From positions 1 to 44,837 of the IMG/VR virus record IMGVR_UViG_3300020043_006076: 44,837 nt of DNA; one strand, written 5' to 3'. The position numbers and the translations under genes were made by a program. This document shows, piece by piece, positions 27,092 to 38,028 of the stretch. Positions within the stretch are counted from its first letter, which is position 1. Each line of letters begins with the position of its first letter. The stretch is from a virus (taxonomy: Duplodnaviria > Caudoviricetes). The notes under the pieces are model-generated. The model saw nothing but the letters and a program-made list of their open reading frames with translations. It was not told the origin of the DNA and did not search any database.

Positions 27092-29856
27092 ATTTACCAG
27101 AAGGTTTTCAATTAGACCAACCTCAAAATAATGGTCTGCCAGAAGGATTTCAATTAGATGAACCTCAGCCTAGACAACCTCAAATGGGTCGTGGTGAAGC
27201 CGCTTTTATCACTGCCACTAATCCATTAAATTTCGGCGATGAAATAAAAGCTAGCATCTCCGCACTTACTGCGAAAATAATGGGTGGTGCCGCAACTAAA
27301 GATATTGATATTGGCGATTTATATCACGAAGCTAGAACAAATGAAAGAGCCAAATTAGAACAAGCTAAAAAAACTTATCCAGTCCAATCTGGATTAATTG
27401 GATTTGCCTCGGATATTCCTCTCGAAGCTGGAATTATTGGAAAAATGGGATTAGGTGGAGCGTCAATTCCTAAACTAGCTACTGCTGGCGGGACTCTTGG
27501 TGCAATAAGTGGAGCAGGAGAAAGTGAAGCTGATACTATGGGCGGAGTTGCGAAAGATGCTTTGACAAGTGGTGCGGTTGGTGCTGTTGCCGCACCTATT
27601 ATTGCCTCCGCCGCCCCTAAAGTAGTTGATATTATCGGGAAAGGCGCTTCTGGAATTAAAAATATATTTTCTAAATCAAGTGGTCAGAAAGTAGCTGATC
27701 AAGCAATTCCTCTTGATGTTGCTAAAAGAAGTTTGGCTGAATTGAAAAATGTTCCAGAAGGAAAGCCAACAACTGCCCTTGATATTCAAGAACCACAAAC
27801 CCAGACTTTTTTAAGGAGTGTTGTAAATAAATATCCGCAAGCAAAACAAATAGCTAAAGATTTTGTAGAGGGAAGAAATCAACAAGCCTACACAAGAATA
27901 AATGAAGATTTAAAAACACTTTCCAAAACTGACAATGCAGATGATTATATTAATCATTTAAGCGAAATTCAGAAAAAAGTCGCTTCTCCGCTTTATGATG
28001 AAGCTGAAGCAGATAGAACTATTGTGCCTAAATTTGAATTTAAAGAAATTAAAACAATCACATCTCCACAGACCACAACTATTTCTGAAGGAGTAAAAAG
28101 TTTTAAAACTGATTCTAGCATTAAGTCTAAAACTGATTTTATTAATAAATACAGCCTACAAGGTAAATCAAGAGCCATTGAAAGACCTTTGGTTTCGCAA
28201 GAGGAAAAAGAATTATTTTCGCAAGGAAAAGGAAGTTTAGATACAACCAAAGAAGAACTTTTTAATATTCACGATAGATATAAAACTGCCCTTAAAGATT
28301 TAAAAGAATATGCACCTAAAAATCCTTTGCAGTTTATAAAGGAGCAAGGAGGAATTATTGATAGTGGTGGAGAATTAAAAAATCTAGGAATTAATAATAA
28401 GACAATTCCCGGACTTTTAAGAAAAGATGGAAAAGGAATTAATATTGATGATGTTGGAAACAGGCTTTATGAAGCTGGGTATTTTCAAGAAAGACCTAGT
28501 GTAAATCAAGTTCTAGATTTTATAGATAAAGAAGTTAGGAATACAAATATAGGTAATAGAGCCACTAATTTTTCTAAAGATTCTACAAAATATGCCGAAG
28601 CTAAACAATTCTTAGATGAAGCTGATTCGCTAGGAATAGATGTTGACGCAATCAGTAAATTAAAACGCATAACCCCACAAACACAAAAAACTGGAATATC
28701 TGGCATTAAAGCTGGCTCTTCATATGATAAAAGAGATGTTTCTAAAAAAGGAATTGAGGAATTTCAAAACTCCCTAAGAAAACAAACTACTAAAATTGAG
28801 GAAGGTGGAAAAGTTGTAAATATTAGAAAAGATATTACCAATCTTCACGAAATGTCTCCTAAATCAAGAGAATTAGCTAAACAATATGATGAGTTAGAAA
28901 ATAATAAAATTTATTCTGAATTTAAACCTTTGGCAAGAAAAAGATTAGATGATAAAATTCCTGATAATTCTGTTGCAATGCTTCATAAAGTTAGAGAAAG
29001 AATTGATGCTGACACAAATTCTCTTTATGACGAATTTGGAAAAGTAAAAGATAAGGGAAGGATTGCTGAAAATACAGCCGTTAGAAATAAAATTAATAAT
29101 TTAATTAATGAAATTTCTCCAGTATTTAAACAAGCTGATGAGGCATTTAGACCTCTAGCTATCAAAAAAGAAGCTGTAGAATTTGGTAAGGAATTTACTA
29201 AATACAAACCTATTCAAATCAATCAAAAAATTAATGAACTAACTTCTAAATCTGGTTTAAATAAAAATGAAATTTTAGAAGATGTAAGAGTTGGTGTTAA
29301 AGATATTATCCTAAAAGAAGCAGAAAAAGCTATTAAATTTGAAGGTTCTAATATTCCAATACAAATTCAAATTAAAAAAATAATTGAAAATAAATTTAAA
29401 AAAGATCAATTAAAAACTTTTTTCTCTTCTAGTGAAGATTATTCAAAATTTATTAATAATTTAAATCAAGAGGTTCTTTATAATAAAACAATTAAGAATT
29501 TAAATCTCTCAAAAGATGAAATTGAGCAAGATTCTAGTAATTTTGCTAGAAATGCCTTCGCAAGTTTATTATCAGTTGCTACTACTGGTTTTGGAAAGTC
29601 AAGATTAGCAGTGGATACTGCTAAGGCTGGTGAGGCTATTCTAATTAAGAATTACAAAGGACTTAATGATAAAACAGCACAAGAATTATCTAGGATTTTT
29701 ATTGATAAAAATGCTAGTATTAAGATGCTTGAAAATATAATTAACAAAGCTTCTCCAAAAGAAAAAACTATTATTCAACAAGCTATTAGTGATATTTACC
29801 CAGCTATTCTGGCAGGACACATAGGAAGCAATACAACAGAAAAACAATCAAAATAA
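27082..29856 (+). CDS. Large ejection protein 3 (gp16-like position)
   Basis: 924 aa; LPEGFQLD twice; NFGDEI; G/A-rich hydrophobic segment. Confidence 0.7.
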   Translation: MAIDLPEGFQLDQPQNNGLPEGFQLDEPQPRQPQMGRGEAAFITATNPLNFGDEIKASISALTAKIMGGAATKDIDIGDLYHEARTNERAKLEQAKKTYPVQSGLIGFASDIPLEAGIIGKMGLGGASIPKLATAGGTLGAISGAGESEADTMGGVAKDALTSGAVGAVAAPIIASAAPKVVDIIGKGASGIKNIFSKSSGQKVADQAIPLDVAKRSLAELKNVPEGKPTTALDIQEPQTQTFLRSVVNKYPQAKQIAKDFVEGRNQQAYTRINEDLKTLSKTDNADDYINHLSEIQKKVASPLYDEAEADRTIVPKFEFKEIKTITSPQTTTISEGVKSFKTDSSIKSKTDFINKYSLQGKSRAIERPLVSQEEKELFSQGKGSLDTTKEELFNIHDRYKTALKDLKEYAPKNPLQFIKEQGGIIDSGGELKNLGINNKTIPGLLRKDGKGINIDDVGNRLYEAGYFQERPSVNQVLDFIDKEVRNTNIGNRATNFSKDSTKYAEAKQFLDEADSLGIDVDAISKLKRITPQTQKTGISGIKAGSSYDKRDVSKKGIEEFQNSLRKQTTKIEEGGKVVNIRKDITNLHEMSPKSRELAKQYDELENNKIYSEFKPLARKRLDDKIPDNSVAMLHKVRERIDADTNSLYDEFGKVKDKGRIAENTAVRNKINNLINEISPVFKQADEAFRPLAIKKEAVEFGKEFTKYKPIQINQKINELTSKSGLNKNEILEDVRVGVKDIILKEAEKAIKFEGSNIPIQIQIKKIIENKFKKDQLKTFFSSSEDYSKFINNLNQEVLYNKTIKNLNLSKDEIEQDSSNFARNAFASLLSVATTGFGKSRLAVDTAKAGEAILIKNYKGLNDKTAQELSRIFIDKNASIKMLENIINKASPKEKTIIQQAISDIYPAILAGHIGSNTTEKQSK

Positions 29857-29862
29857 TAAATT

Positions 29863-31071
29863 ATGGCACAAATATTCCAAGCACCCTTAGCAAGAGAATT
29901 TAGTAATACAGGCTCAATCGGAGCTGGTTATAAATATTATTTCTATACTACTGGCACGACTACACCAATAAGCACTTACACAACACCTGCTTTGAATGTT
30001 GCTAATGTTTATCCTGTAGTTGCTGATTCAACTGGTCGATTTCCTCCTATTTGGATTTCGAACTTAGCTACAACTAAGGTAATCTTAAAAGATGCTTCTG
30101 ATAATGTTATTTACACTCAAGACCCAGTTGGGGCGACTTCGTCTACAACAAGCCTAAATGATTTAGATGTTCGTCCTAATTCTTATTGGGGGTTGACCAC
30201 TGGGACAGCCTCTGCTTATGTATTAACAGCTAATCCTAGTATTTCAGCTTATTCAAATGTTCAATCATTCACTTTCCAAGCCCATATAGCCAATGTTATT
30301 AACCCTACAATAGCAATTAGTGGACTTGGGGCTCTAAATCTTAAAAAATATACAGGACAAGGGACTAAGGTTGCCCTACAAGCTGGAGATTTGCAACCTA
30401 CCCAAAGGTATGAAGCTTTTTGTGACGGTGTTGACATTGTTGTTTTGAACCCCCGCTCGCTTCTTTTAAATACTGGAAGCGCACCAACTTTAACTATTGC
30501 CAGTGGAGTTGTTGCTATTACCAATGTCGGAAGTTCTTATCTAATAGATACAGAAGGAGCGGCGGCAACTGATGATTTGAACACTATTAACGGTGGAAAC
30601 GATGGTCAAATTATTTTTATCAGAAACATCGCAGATGCGAGAAATGTAATTTTAAAACATAATACAGGAAATATTTTTAATCCAAATTTATCGGACATAA
30701 CTATAGATGTAGCAAGTGATACTATACAATTAATTTATAGTTCAACACTAGGACAATGGATTGTCACAAGCCAAGCAAATAGATTGGGATTTTTAGTTTC
30801 TAAAACCACTAATGGATACACATATTTACCAAATAACATGATATGGCAGTGGGGTTTGTCTACTGGTTCTAGCACAAGAACTGAATCATTTCCAATTACA
30901 TTTCCAAATGCTTGTTTAATTTTTGTTCCTGCTGTTGCATCAACCGCAGTAACAGAATTCCAAACCTCTAACGGTTATTTTATATCGCCATCTCAATTTA
31001 CAATACAAACAGGAGATATTAACGGCACGGGGCAACCTAATAATATTGCTTGGCTTGCCATTGGACATTAA
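29863..31071 (+). CDS. Tail fibre/spike 1
   Basis: N-terminal YFYTTGTTTP...PVVADSTGR attachment domain; C-terminal GYTYLPN.MIWQWG...FPITFPNAC...WLAIGH. Confidence 0.8.
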   Translation: MAQIFQAPLAREFSNTGSIGAGYKYYFYTTGTTTPISTYTTPALNVANVYPVVADSTGRFPPIWISNLATTKVILKDASDNVIYTQDPVGATSSTTSLNDLDVRPNSYWGLTTGTASAYVLTANPSISAYSNVQSFTFQAHIANVINPTIAISGLGALNLKKYTGQGTKVALQAGDLQPTQRYEAFCDGVDIVVLNPRSLLLNTGSAPTLTIASGVVAITNVGSSYLIDTEGAAATDDLNTINGGNDGQIIFIRNIADARNVILKHNTGNIFNPNLSDITIDVASDTIQLIYSSTLGQWIVTSQANRLGFLVSKTTNGYTYLPNNMIWQWGLSTGSSTRTESFPITFPNACLIFVPAVASTAVTEFQTSNGYFISPSQFTIQTGDINGTGQPNNIAWLAIGH

Positions 31072-31089
31072 TAATAAAAATTATAAATA

Positions 31090-31620
31090 ATGATAAAAGT
31101 AAATTACGATCCTAAGACAACTCTAGTAAAAGGATATTATCCTGATTCAATAAATTATAATTCGATTCCCGAGCCATTTATTGAGATCAAAGAAAGTGAA
31201 CAAATCTATGGTAAGCAAATGTGCGTTCTTGATGGAGTCTATCAGGAATATATTAAACCTATTGAGCAACAGTTTCAAGAGGCTAAAACTTCCAAAATTT
31301 ACGAAACAAAAAACGCTTGCGAAAGTTTTAGAACTACACCGCTAACTGTTGATAATAAAATTTATAAAGCGACAGATAATGCAAAGCTTAAATTCTGGTC
31401 TCTAGTTAATGGCTCTTTAGTTAGTGATTTTCCTATTATTTGGCTTGAAGCTGATGATGTTTCTTTTGTTTCCCTTTCCAAAGTTCAAGCGACCGCTCTT
31501 TATGATGCTTTTGAGGCTCAAGATCGTTCTGCTTATCAACAAAGAAAAAATTATTTAGATCAAATTAATTCCTGCACAACCTTAGAGCAAGTTAAAGCAA
31601 TCAATATAAATTTCAAATGA
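31090..31620 (+). CDS. Tail fibre assembly protein (DUF4376-like)
   Basis: W..ADD.SFVSL...QINSCTTLEQVKAI; follows the fibre gene. Confidence 0.7.
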   Translation: MIKVNYDPKTTLVKGYYPDSINYNSIPEPFIEIKESEQIYGKQMCVLDGVYQEYIKPIEQQFQEAKTSKIYETKNACESFRTTPLTVDNKIYKATDNAKLKFWSLVNGSLVSDFPIIWLEADDVSFVSLSKVQATALYDAFEAQDRSAYQQRKNYLDQINSCTTLEQVKAININFK

Positions 31621-32567
31621 CAGTAGGAACAACTAATACATTTACCCAAAATAGAAATCAAATTATTGATAGGGCTATGGCAACTATCGGTATAAAGACA
31701 ACCCAAAGAGCTTTAACTGCTTTTGAGGTTAATCAAGCCTCAGATGAGCTTAATATTATGATTAAGTCTTGGAAGACTAAGGATTACCTTTGGAAAACAA
31801 CTGAAGGAACGCTTTGGTTAGTGCCAAATCAAGCTAAGTATCGCTTAGATGGATCAACTGCGAACGCAACTGAAAATTATACAGAAACAACAGCTTTTTC
31901 TTTTGCCTCAATAGGGGCTACTTCAATTACAGTTACAAGTGCAATTGGTTTTGCCATAGGTAATTACATTGGGATTGTTCAAGACGACACCACTATCTTA
32001 TGGGCAGTAATTACAAATGTCGTAGGAACTACTATTACTTTCACAATTCCACTAACTGTTGCGGTGGCGAGTGGAAATACAATTTATACTTATCAAACCA
32101 AAATTAATCGACCTGAGCAAGTTAATAGCCTAAGAGTTAGAACTTTGACCAATAGTGATATTCCCACTGTTGCCCTAGCAAGAGATTCATACTTTAACAT
32201 TCCAGTCAAAACTAATTCTGCTCGTCCTAATCAATGGTATTATGACAAACAATTAGCTTATGGAGATATTTATTTATGGCCGACCCCAAATTCCTCTTCT
32301 GATTCAGTTAAATTCACATTTCAAAAGATGTTCTTTGATATTGATGGAGCATCAACTAATGCCGATTTTCCTGTAGAATGGATTGATCCTATTGTTCTTA
32401 ATCTAGCTTTAAGACTTGCTAGAATATATGGCAAGGATCAAAATTATAGAGAACAATTAAAGAGAGATGCAGATGAAGTTATGGCTAATGTTCAGGGTTA
32501 TGATAGAGAACCTGCAAGCTTCTATTTCCAACCAGCATCACAACTTAATGTAGGAACTTTTAGATAA
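31617..32567 (+). CDS. Head-to-tail adaptor (P22 gp4-like)
   Basis: RNQII..A; LNIMIKSW; IYLWPTP; DFPVEW...NLALRLA..YG. Confidence 0.75.
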   Translation: MTVGTTNTFTQNRNQIIDRAMATIGIKTTQRALTAFEVNQASDELNIMIKSWKTKDYLWKTTEGTLWLVPNQAKYRLDGSTANATENYTETTAFSFASIGATSITVTSAIGFAIGNYIGIVQDDTTILWAVITNVVGTTITFTIPLTVAVASGNTIYTYQTKINRPEQVNSLRVRTLTNSDIPTVALARDSYFNIPVKTNSARPNQWYYDKQLAYGDIYLWPTPNSSSDSVKFTFQKMFFDIDGASTNADFPVEWIDPIVLNLALRLARIYGKDQNYREQLKRDADEVMANVQGYDREPASFYFQPASQLNVGTFR

Positions 32568-33991
32568 TGGGAGCAACAACACCTATCAATTTTGGTATAA
32601 ATTCTTACAAAGCCAAAAGTGGATTAAACTCTGCTGAACGCTTAGTTAATTGTTATGTTGAGCCTTGCCCAGTTGATAGCCCTTTTAAGGCTATGATTCT
32701 CGGAACGGCAGGACTTTCAGTTTGGAAAGACTTAAATATCGGTTTTCCTGTTTATGGAATGCAAGTAATGGGGGAAAATCTTTATGTCGTAGCTGGATCT
32801 AATGTCTATAAAATAGATTCAACAAAGACGGTTACTAATATTGGCACAATGGCGATAGCTCCAGCTCGTGTAATAATGACTAATAATGGAGTTCAAGTGA
32901 CCATTCTTACAGAAAGTGGGACTGCTTATTATTGCACTTCTGCCGCTGGTTCTTTAACTCAGATTACGGATGGAGATTTTAACAGTTCGGACTCCATAGC
33001 AACGCTTGATGGTTATACGGTCGCCACTAAAAAACAAGGTAGAACTTTCCAATGGTCAGCTATAAATAATACTGCTACTTGGGCGGCTTTAGATACTCAA
33101 ACTGTAGAAGCGGATTCTTCTAACATTGTTCGTGTAGCAATGAATAATTTAGAATTATGGTTTTTTAAAGAAAATATAATTGAAGTTTATTATGACTCCG
33201 CTAGACCTGGATATATTTTTGACCGCAAAGATGGTGTTTTTATTCAAAAAGGATGCGCCGCTAAATATTCCGTAGCTAGTCTCGATAACTCCTTTTATTT
33301 TTTGGGTAATGATAAAATTATTTACAAAACTAACGGCTATCAAATATCACCTATTTCTACTTACCCCATCTCACAAGAGATCGAGAAATATTCAACTGTC
33401 TCTGATGCCTTTGCATTTACTTATATAATCAATGGACACAAATTTTACACAATCACTTTTCCAGAGGCTGATGTTACTTGGGAATATAATATTACAACTG
33501 GTTTATGGCACGAAAGACAGAGTCTTAATTCCAAACAAAGTCAAGGCAAATGGAGAGCTAATTGTGGAGCTTTTTTTGCGGGAATAAATCTTTTTGGAGA
33601 TTTTGAAACTGGTATTATTTATCAAGTTAACTCTGATGTTTATACTGAGAATGGAGCTCAAATTTTAAGAAAAGCAATAAGCACTACCCAATTTACTAAT
33701 TATGGAAGAAACACTTTTGATAGATTTGTTTTAATGATGGATACTGGAGTTGGCTTAGTAACTGGTCAAGGTTCAGATCCTCAGTTAATGCTTAGAGTAT
33801 CATCGGATGGAGGGCAAACTTGGGGTTACGAGGAGCAACAACCTATTGGAACACAAGGAACCTACCAGACGGAAGTATTTTGGACAAGCTTAGGTTTTGG
33901 AAGAACCGCTATTTTCGAGGTGACAATGAGTGATGCAGTTAAATTCGCTATTGTAGGCGCTTTCTTAAATTCAACATTAGGAGAGTCGTGA
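32567..33991 (+). CDS. Tail hub/DNA stabilisation protein (P22 gp10-like)
   Basis: LDGY; GCAAKYSVA; GHKFY.ITFP; WHERQS; SSDGGQTW. Confidence 0.88.
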   Translation: MGATTPINFGINSYKAKSGLNSAERLVNCYVEPCPVDSPFKAMILGTAGLSVWKDLNIGFPVYGMQVMGENLYVVAGSNVYKIDSTKTVTNIGTMAIAPARVIMTNNGVQVTILTESGTAYYCTSAAGSLTQITDGDFNSSDSIATLDGYTVATKKQGRTFQWSAINNTATWAALDTQTVEADSSNIVRVAMNNLELWFFKENIIEVYYDSARPGYIFDRKDGVFIQKGCAAKYSVASLDNSFYFLGNDKIIYKTNGYQISPISTYPISQEIEKYSTVSDAFAFTYIINGHKFYTITFPEADVTWEYNITTGLWHERQSLNSKQSQGKWRANCGAFFAGINLFGDFETGIIYQVNSDVYTENGAQILRKAISTTQFTNYGRNTFDRFVLMMDTGVGLVTGQGSDPQLMLRVSSDGGQTWGYEEQQPIGTQGTYQTEVFWTSLGFGRTAIFEVTMSDAVKFAIVGAFLNSTLGES

Positions 33992-34560
33992 AAATAGCAA
34001 TACCAAGCGCAAATCAACCTATCACTGATGAAGCTTTTTTTACTAATACAACTTGGTTCACTTTTTTTCAGAATGTTTGGAGAGGAATCAGAGGAGATTT
34101 AGGATTAAGTCTTGGTGGAATGTTAAATGTCAATACCACTCCAGTTGCGAATGTTAGTTCTGGTGAGAGTGATTTGATTACATATGTTTTAGCTAAAAAT
34201 AGCTTGATTAATAATGGAGATGTGTTAGAAATTGAAGCTTGGGGTATCTATGCCGCCAATGCTAACAATAAGACTGTAAAACTTATTTTTGGTAACCAAA
34301 CTATTCTAACTACTGGGATAGTAGCCGCTAATGATGGATCGTGGTCTCTTAAAGCAAAAGTGATAAGAAAGACCGAAACAACTCAAGAAATAATATCTGA
34401 GATATTATCTTCCAATTCTAGTGTCACTGATTCCGCTACAAGAACAGCGGGGACACAAATCTTAACCTCCGATATTACGATTAAATGCACTGGGACAGGT
34501 GTAATTGATAACGATATTATACAATACGCATTTAAGATTAACTTAACTCCAAATACATAA
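33988..34560 (+). CDS. Tail-associated protein
   Basis: Follows the gp10-like gene; N-terminal TWFTFF motif. Confidence 0.55.
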   Translation: MKIAIPSANQPITDEAFFTNTTWFTFFQNVWRGIRGDLGLSLGGMLNVNTTPVANVSSGESDLITYVLAKNSLINNGDVLEIEAWGIYAANANNKTVKLIFGNQTILTTGIVAANDGSWSLKAKVIRKTETTQEIISEILSSNSSVTDSATRTAGTQILTSDITIKCTGTGVIDNDIIQYAFKINLTPNT

Positions 34561-35450
34561 TGGCTATTTCAGATATAAATAAAGGACTTTCTGGCGTCAA
34601 TCCAACAGCAAACTCAATACTACCGAACCAAACTAGCAATAGCGGTAAGGTTTTGGGAACGGATGGGACCAATGCGTCTTGGGTTGATGCTGCAGGAGCA
34701 GAAGCTACAACCTCCAATAAAGGTATTTCTTATCTCAACGACCCAATCGCCCTTGCAAATAATGCCACCGATGCAAATAATGACATTGATTTTAGTGCGG
34801 GTAATGCACCGCTTGATGATGGCTCGGGTCAAGTTTTATTATCATCGACTTTAGTAAAAAGACTAGATGCTTCTTGGGTTGCTGGAACGAATCAAGGTGG
34901 ATTATTTTCTGGAACAAAAGCTATAAATACAAGATACTATGAATTTGCTATAACAAACGGCACGATAAATGATGCTGGTTTTGACATAAGCCCTACAGGT
35001 GCAAATATTCCAGCTGGATATAAAGGCTCTTATCGCGGGATGGTTTTAACCGATGGAAGCGGAAATATTAGACAATTTACGCGAGCTGGACAATATATTG
35101 AATATGTTAGCGATATTACTGATTACAATCCAAGCCCCACAAATGGAGTTTTTGCAACATATGATTTAAGTTGCCCGTCTAAAAATAATATTTTAGCTAA
35201 AATTATGGTGGCTCAAACTTATACTGGGACAGGTGTAGTAGCTTTATCTTCAAGCTACAGAAAAACGGGAAGTTCTGCAAATAATTTATTTTTTGGTGGG
35301 GGAATAAACGGATACACATCACACTCAGCAACAAATTTTGTTCCACTTAATTCTTCTGCTCAAGTTGATATTAAATTTGATTTTAGCGCCCCAACAAGTT
35401 CATTTGCAATTGTAACGAAAGGTTATTTTGATTTTAACATTAAACTTTAA
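34560..35450 (+). CDS. Tail fibre 2
   Basis: LPNQTSNSGKVLGTDGTNASW; KRLDASWVAGTNQGGL; TDGSGNIRQF. Confidence 0.7.
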   Translation: MAISDINKGLSGVNPTANSILPNQTSNSGKVLGTDGTNASWVDAAGAEATTSNKGISYLNDPIALANNATDANNDIDFSAGNAPLDDGSGQVLLSSTLVKRLDASWVAGTNQGGLFSGTKAINTRYYEFAITNGTINDAGFDISPTGANIPAGYKGSYRGMVLTDGSGNIRQFTRAGQYIEYVSDITDYNPSPTNGVFATYDLSCPSKNNILAKIMVAQTYTGTGVVALSSSYRKTGSSANNLFFGGGINGYTSHSATNFVPLNSSAQVDIKFDFSAPTSSFAIVTKGYFDFNIKL

Positions 35451-35453
35451 TAT

Positions 35454-36002
35454 ATGATATTACTAAAAAACAAAAACGGAGATGTTAAAGAGTTCAATAA
35501 TATTTCTGAAATAGGAATGGGTTTTGCCAATTGGATAAATATTAGCAATACGGACGAAGCTACAAGCTATTTACTCCAAAAAGCTATAACCGCCAAATTA
35601 GCTGCATTAGAAGTTTTTCACGATAGCGATGCGGCTAGAATTTTCTATGTTAAAACTGCCAAAAATACATTCTTCTTTTCAACATTGGACAAGTATAGAA
35701 ATTTATTATCTGAACAGATCACTATTTGCGATAGCTCAGTTAAAAGCGGTTTTCCTATGAACCAAGTGGGATATACACACAAACAAACTGATCCAGTTAC
35801 TAGAATTGTTACATCTGAATTTATTTCTCTTGCTAATATAAATTGGATCCTTGCCAATTTAGGAAATATTGTTAATAAAAATTATGATTTAAAAGTTCTC
35901 ACTCATATTCCGAAGATAAATGCGCTGAAAACTATTGTTGATGTGGAGAAATATGATTTTAAAGCTGGATACCTTCTAAACCAAATAATTACCCTTAAAT
36001 GA
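35454..36002 (+). CDS. Tail fibre assembly-like protein 2
   Basis: KINALKTIVDVEKYDFKAGY terminus; follows fibre 2. Confidence 0.55.
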   Translation: MILLKNKNGDVKEFNNISEIGMGFANWINISNTDEATSYLLQKAITAKLAALEVFHDSDAARIFYVKTAKNTFFFSTLDKYRNLLSEQITICDSSVKSGFPMNQVGYTHKQTDPVTRIVTSEFISLANINWILANLGNIVNKNYDLKVLTHIPKINALKTIVDVEKYDFKAGYLLNQIITLK

Positions 36003-36565
36003 AAAGACTAGCATACTTAACTGTAGCCTCACCAATTACCTTAAAAGGTGTATTTACTAAACCGCTAAAATTTGTTATTCAGATATTTACCGCCGCACCA
36101 GAGGAACATATCGCCCATTGCATAGATGGGGTTGTTTGTAATGTAAGTGGAAAAGGTTTGGAATATATTCCTTTTGAAAAATGGATGGAGCGTTATGAAG
36201 TTAATAGAGCAAGGATTCACGCAATAGAGCCAATTGAAGAGCCAACTCAAGAACAAATTAATGCAATCATTGAAGTAAATAAAAGCGACAAAGGCAAGCC
36301 TTATGGGGCGTTTCGTGCAGGCGTATCTGCAAACATTATGGAGTTTATTTATGTGTTAATAGATGTTGTATGCAGGCTATTTGGTTTTGAGAATAAGAAC
36401 GATTTAAACAGAGATAAGACAATTTTTTGTTCTGGTAACTGCGCTAAGGGTGCAGTTGCCGCAGGTTATTTACAAAGTGATTTTAAATGGTGGAGAGCTT
36501 CGCCTATTGACCTAAGAAAGGTTCAATTAAAATCTGGCAAATTCACTAGAAGAAGGATCGACTAA
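35999..36565 (+). CDS. Permuted papain-like (YiiX/YebB) amidase
   Basis: HIA...GKPY...FCS...SPIDL, with His before Cys. Confidence 0.65.
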   Translation: MKRLAYLTVASPITLKGVFTKPLKFVIQIFTAAPEEHIAHCIDGVVCNVSGKGLEYIPFEKWMERYEVNRARIHAIEPIEEPTQEQINAIIEVNKSDKGKPYGAFRAGVSANIMEFIYVLIDVVCRLFGFENKNDLNRDKTIFCSGNCAKGAVAAGYLQSDFKWWRASPIDLRKVQLKSGKFTRRRID

Positions 36566-37296
36566 TGGGGATTTTAGCTTTTTTAAAAACTATCACTGAT
36601 ATAAGAAGCGCTGGAAATCTATTTTTAGAATTGATAGCTTTTCTTAAGAAGAATAAGCTTTTCCCTGTGCTGTATCTATTGCCAGTATTATTATTAATTA
36701 TTAATTATTTACATTTTAATTTAGTTGTTAAAGACAAAGAAATTGCAGTAGTAGAGAAGAGGATTAATATTTGTAATTCTGTAGATGATGAATTAAGACG
36801 CTGTGGAGATAAGACGGCAATCAGCATATCTATTATTAGGAACGATCAAAAGTCAGGAAGATTCTTTGTTGCTAGAGCTTGCGATAAAAGATTGACAAAT
36901 TCTGGTTGTATTCTTGATTTAATGGAAAACAAACCTTTAACTTATAAAGCAGAATATAAATTAGACTTAAACTCTGAGGACTTCTTAAGGAAAATAATGA
37001 AGTCTGGATTCCCAAGATCAATCCCTCTTAGTAAAGACGGTAAGCAGATCATTGATCCAGAGCTTGAAGGTTGCTCTACAATAATAAATTTAATAACAGC
37101 TACGGATTGGTGGAAAGAAGGTATAGTAAAAAATTTATGGATTACAGCTTCTGAAACAACTGATCATAAGATTCTTTATGTTTATACATTTAAAACTGCA
37201 ATCAATGAATCTGGCTGTCAGAATCAAATTAATCAAATACTCTTGGATTTAATACAAAAAATGAAGAACGGGGGCGAAAAATGGTTTCACTTCTAA
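36565..37296 (+). CDS. Membrane-anchored hypothetical protein
   Basis: One TM helix, then a Cys-containing domain. Confidence 0.65.
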   Translation: MGILAFLKTITDIRSAGNLFLELIAFLKKNKLFPVLYLLPVLLLIINYLHFNLVVKDKEIAVVEKRINICNSVDDELRRCGDKTAISISIIRNDQKSGRFFVARACDKRLTNSGCILDLMENKPLTYKAEYKLDLNSEDFLRKIMKSGFPRSIPLSKDGKQIIDPELEGCSTIINLITATDWWKEGIVKNLWITASETTDHKILYVYTFKTAINESGCQNQINQILLDLIQKMKNGGEKWFHF

Positions 37297-37493
37297 TTTT
37301 GTTACTATTGGTATTAATAATTATAATAATCGTGTATTCTAATCATAAGATAATCGAAAGAGATCTAAGACACGATTTAGCTAATAAAAACTTCCACTGT
37401 TCAGTTTTAGTAGAGCTTTCTAAGATACTTGAACGAGAAAAACTTGACCATCTTTTAATTAAAGCAACAGAAAATGTTAAAAAACCTAATTAA
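37281..37493 (+). CDS. Small membrane protein
   Basis: N-terminal TM helix. Confidence 0.55.
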   Translation: MVSLLILLLLVLIIIIIVYSNHKIIERDLRHDLANKNFHCSVLVELSKILEREKLDHLLIKATENVKKPN

Positions 37494-38028
37494 AGTTCTA
37501 GCATTAGTTCTTTTTGCTACAAAAGCCAATGCCAATTCCCTAGCTTTAACACTGGGGACTTCTTCGAGTTATTTGCAAAGTTCTGATAGGACTTTGGGCT
37601 ATGTCAATTATAATGAGTCTTTTACGCCCAGAAGTGTTTCTATTGGTTTATCTTATTTCTCAAAAGAGATATTTCTTTCAACTTCAACAAATAGGTTCTT
37701 ATCCTCAACTTATATGAGGGAAATGCAAGACGGAGCAGGCAGGAGGTTTATTTCAAAAGAGAAATCCACTACTGATGTTCTATTGGTAGGTTATCCGTTT
37801 GGGAAGATAATTCCTTATGGGTTCGCCTCTAATTCAAATTTTAAAAAGGATATTTCCCTCAATGGGAGGGAAGTCAAGTCCGTAGATATGTATTCAGTCA
37901 TCTATGGGGCTGGAGTCACTTGTATTTTAAACAAGGATTTTACAGTTTCAATTTCAACAATTGCCCCGAATGAAGATGTGGACTATGGGATTGTTTTTAG
38001 TTTAAGTTATAACATTACTATTTTATGA
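37474..38028 (+). CDS. Outer-membrane beta-barrel-like protein
   Basis: Signal peptide ending ANA; IIPYG; YGAGV; FSLSYN terminal strand. Confidence 0.55.
   Translation: MLKNLIKVLALVLFATKANANSLALTLGTSSSYLQSSDRTLGYVNYNESFTPRSVSIGLSYFSKEIFLSTSTNRFLSSTYMREMQDGAGRRFISKEKSTTDVLLVGYPFGKIIPYGFASNSNFKKDISLNGREVKSVDMYSVIYGAGVTCILNKDFTVSISTIAPNEDVDYGIVFSLSYNITIL

Noticed and set aside
29863-35450. Diversity-generating retroelement or invertible fibre cassette
   Set aside because: No reverse transcriptase or invertase, and no template/variable repeat pair or inverted repeats seen
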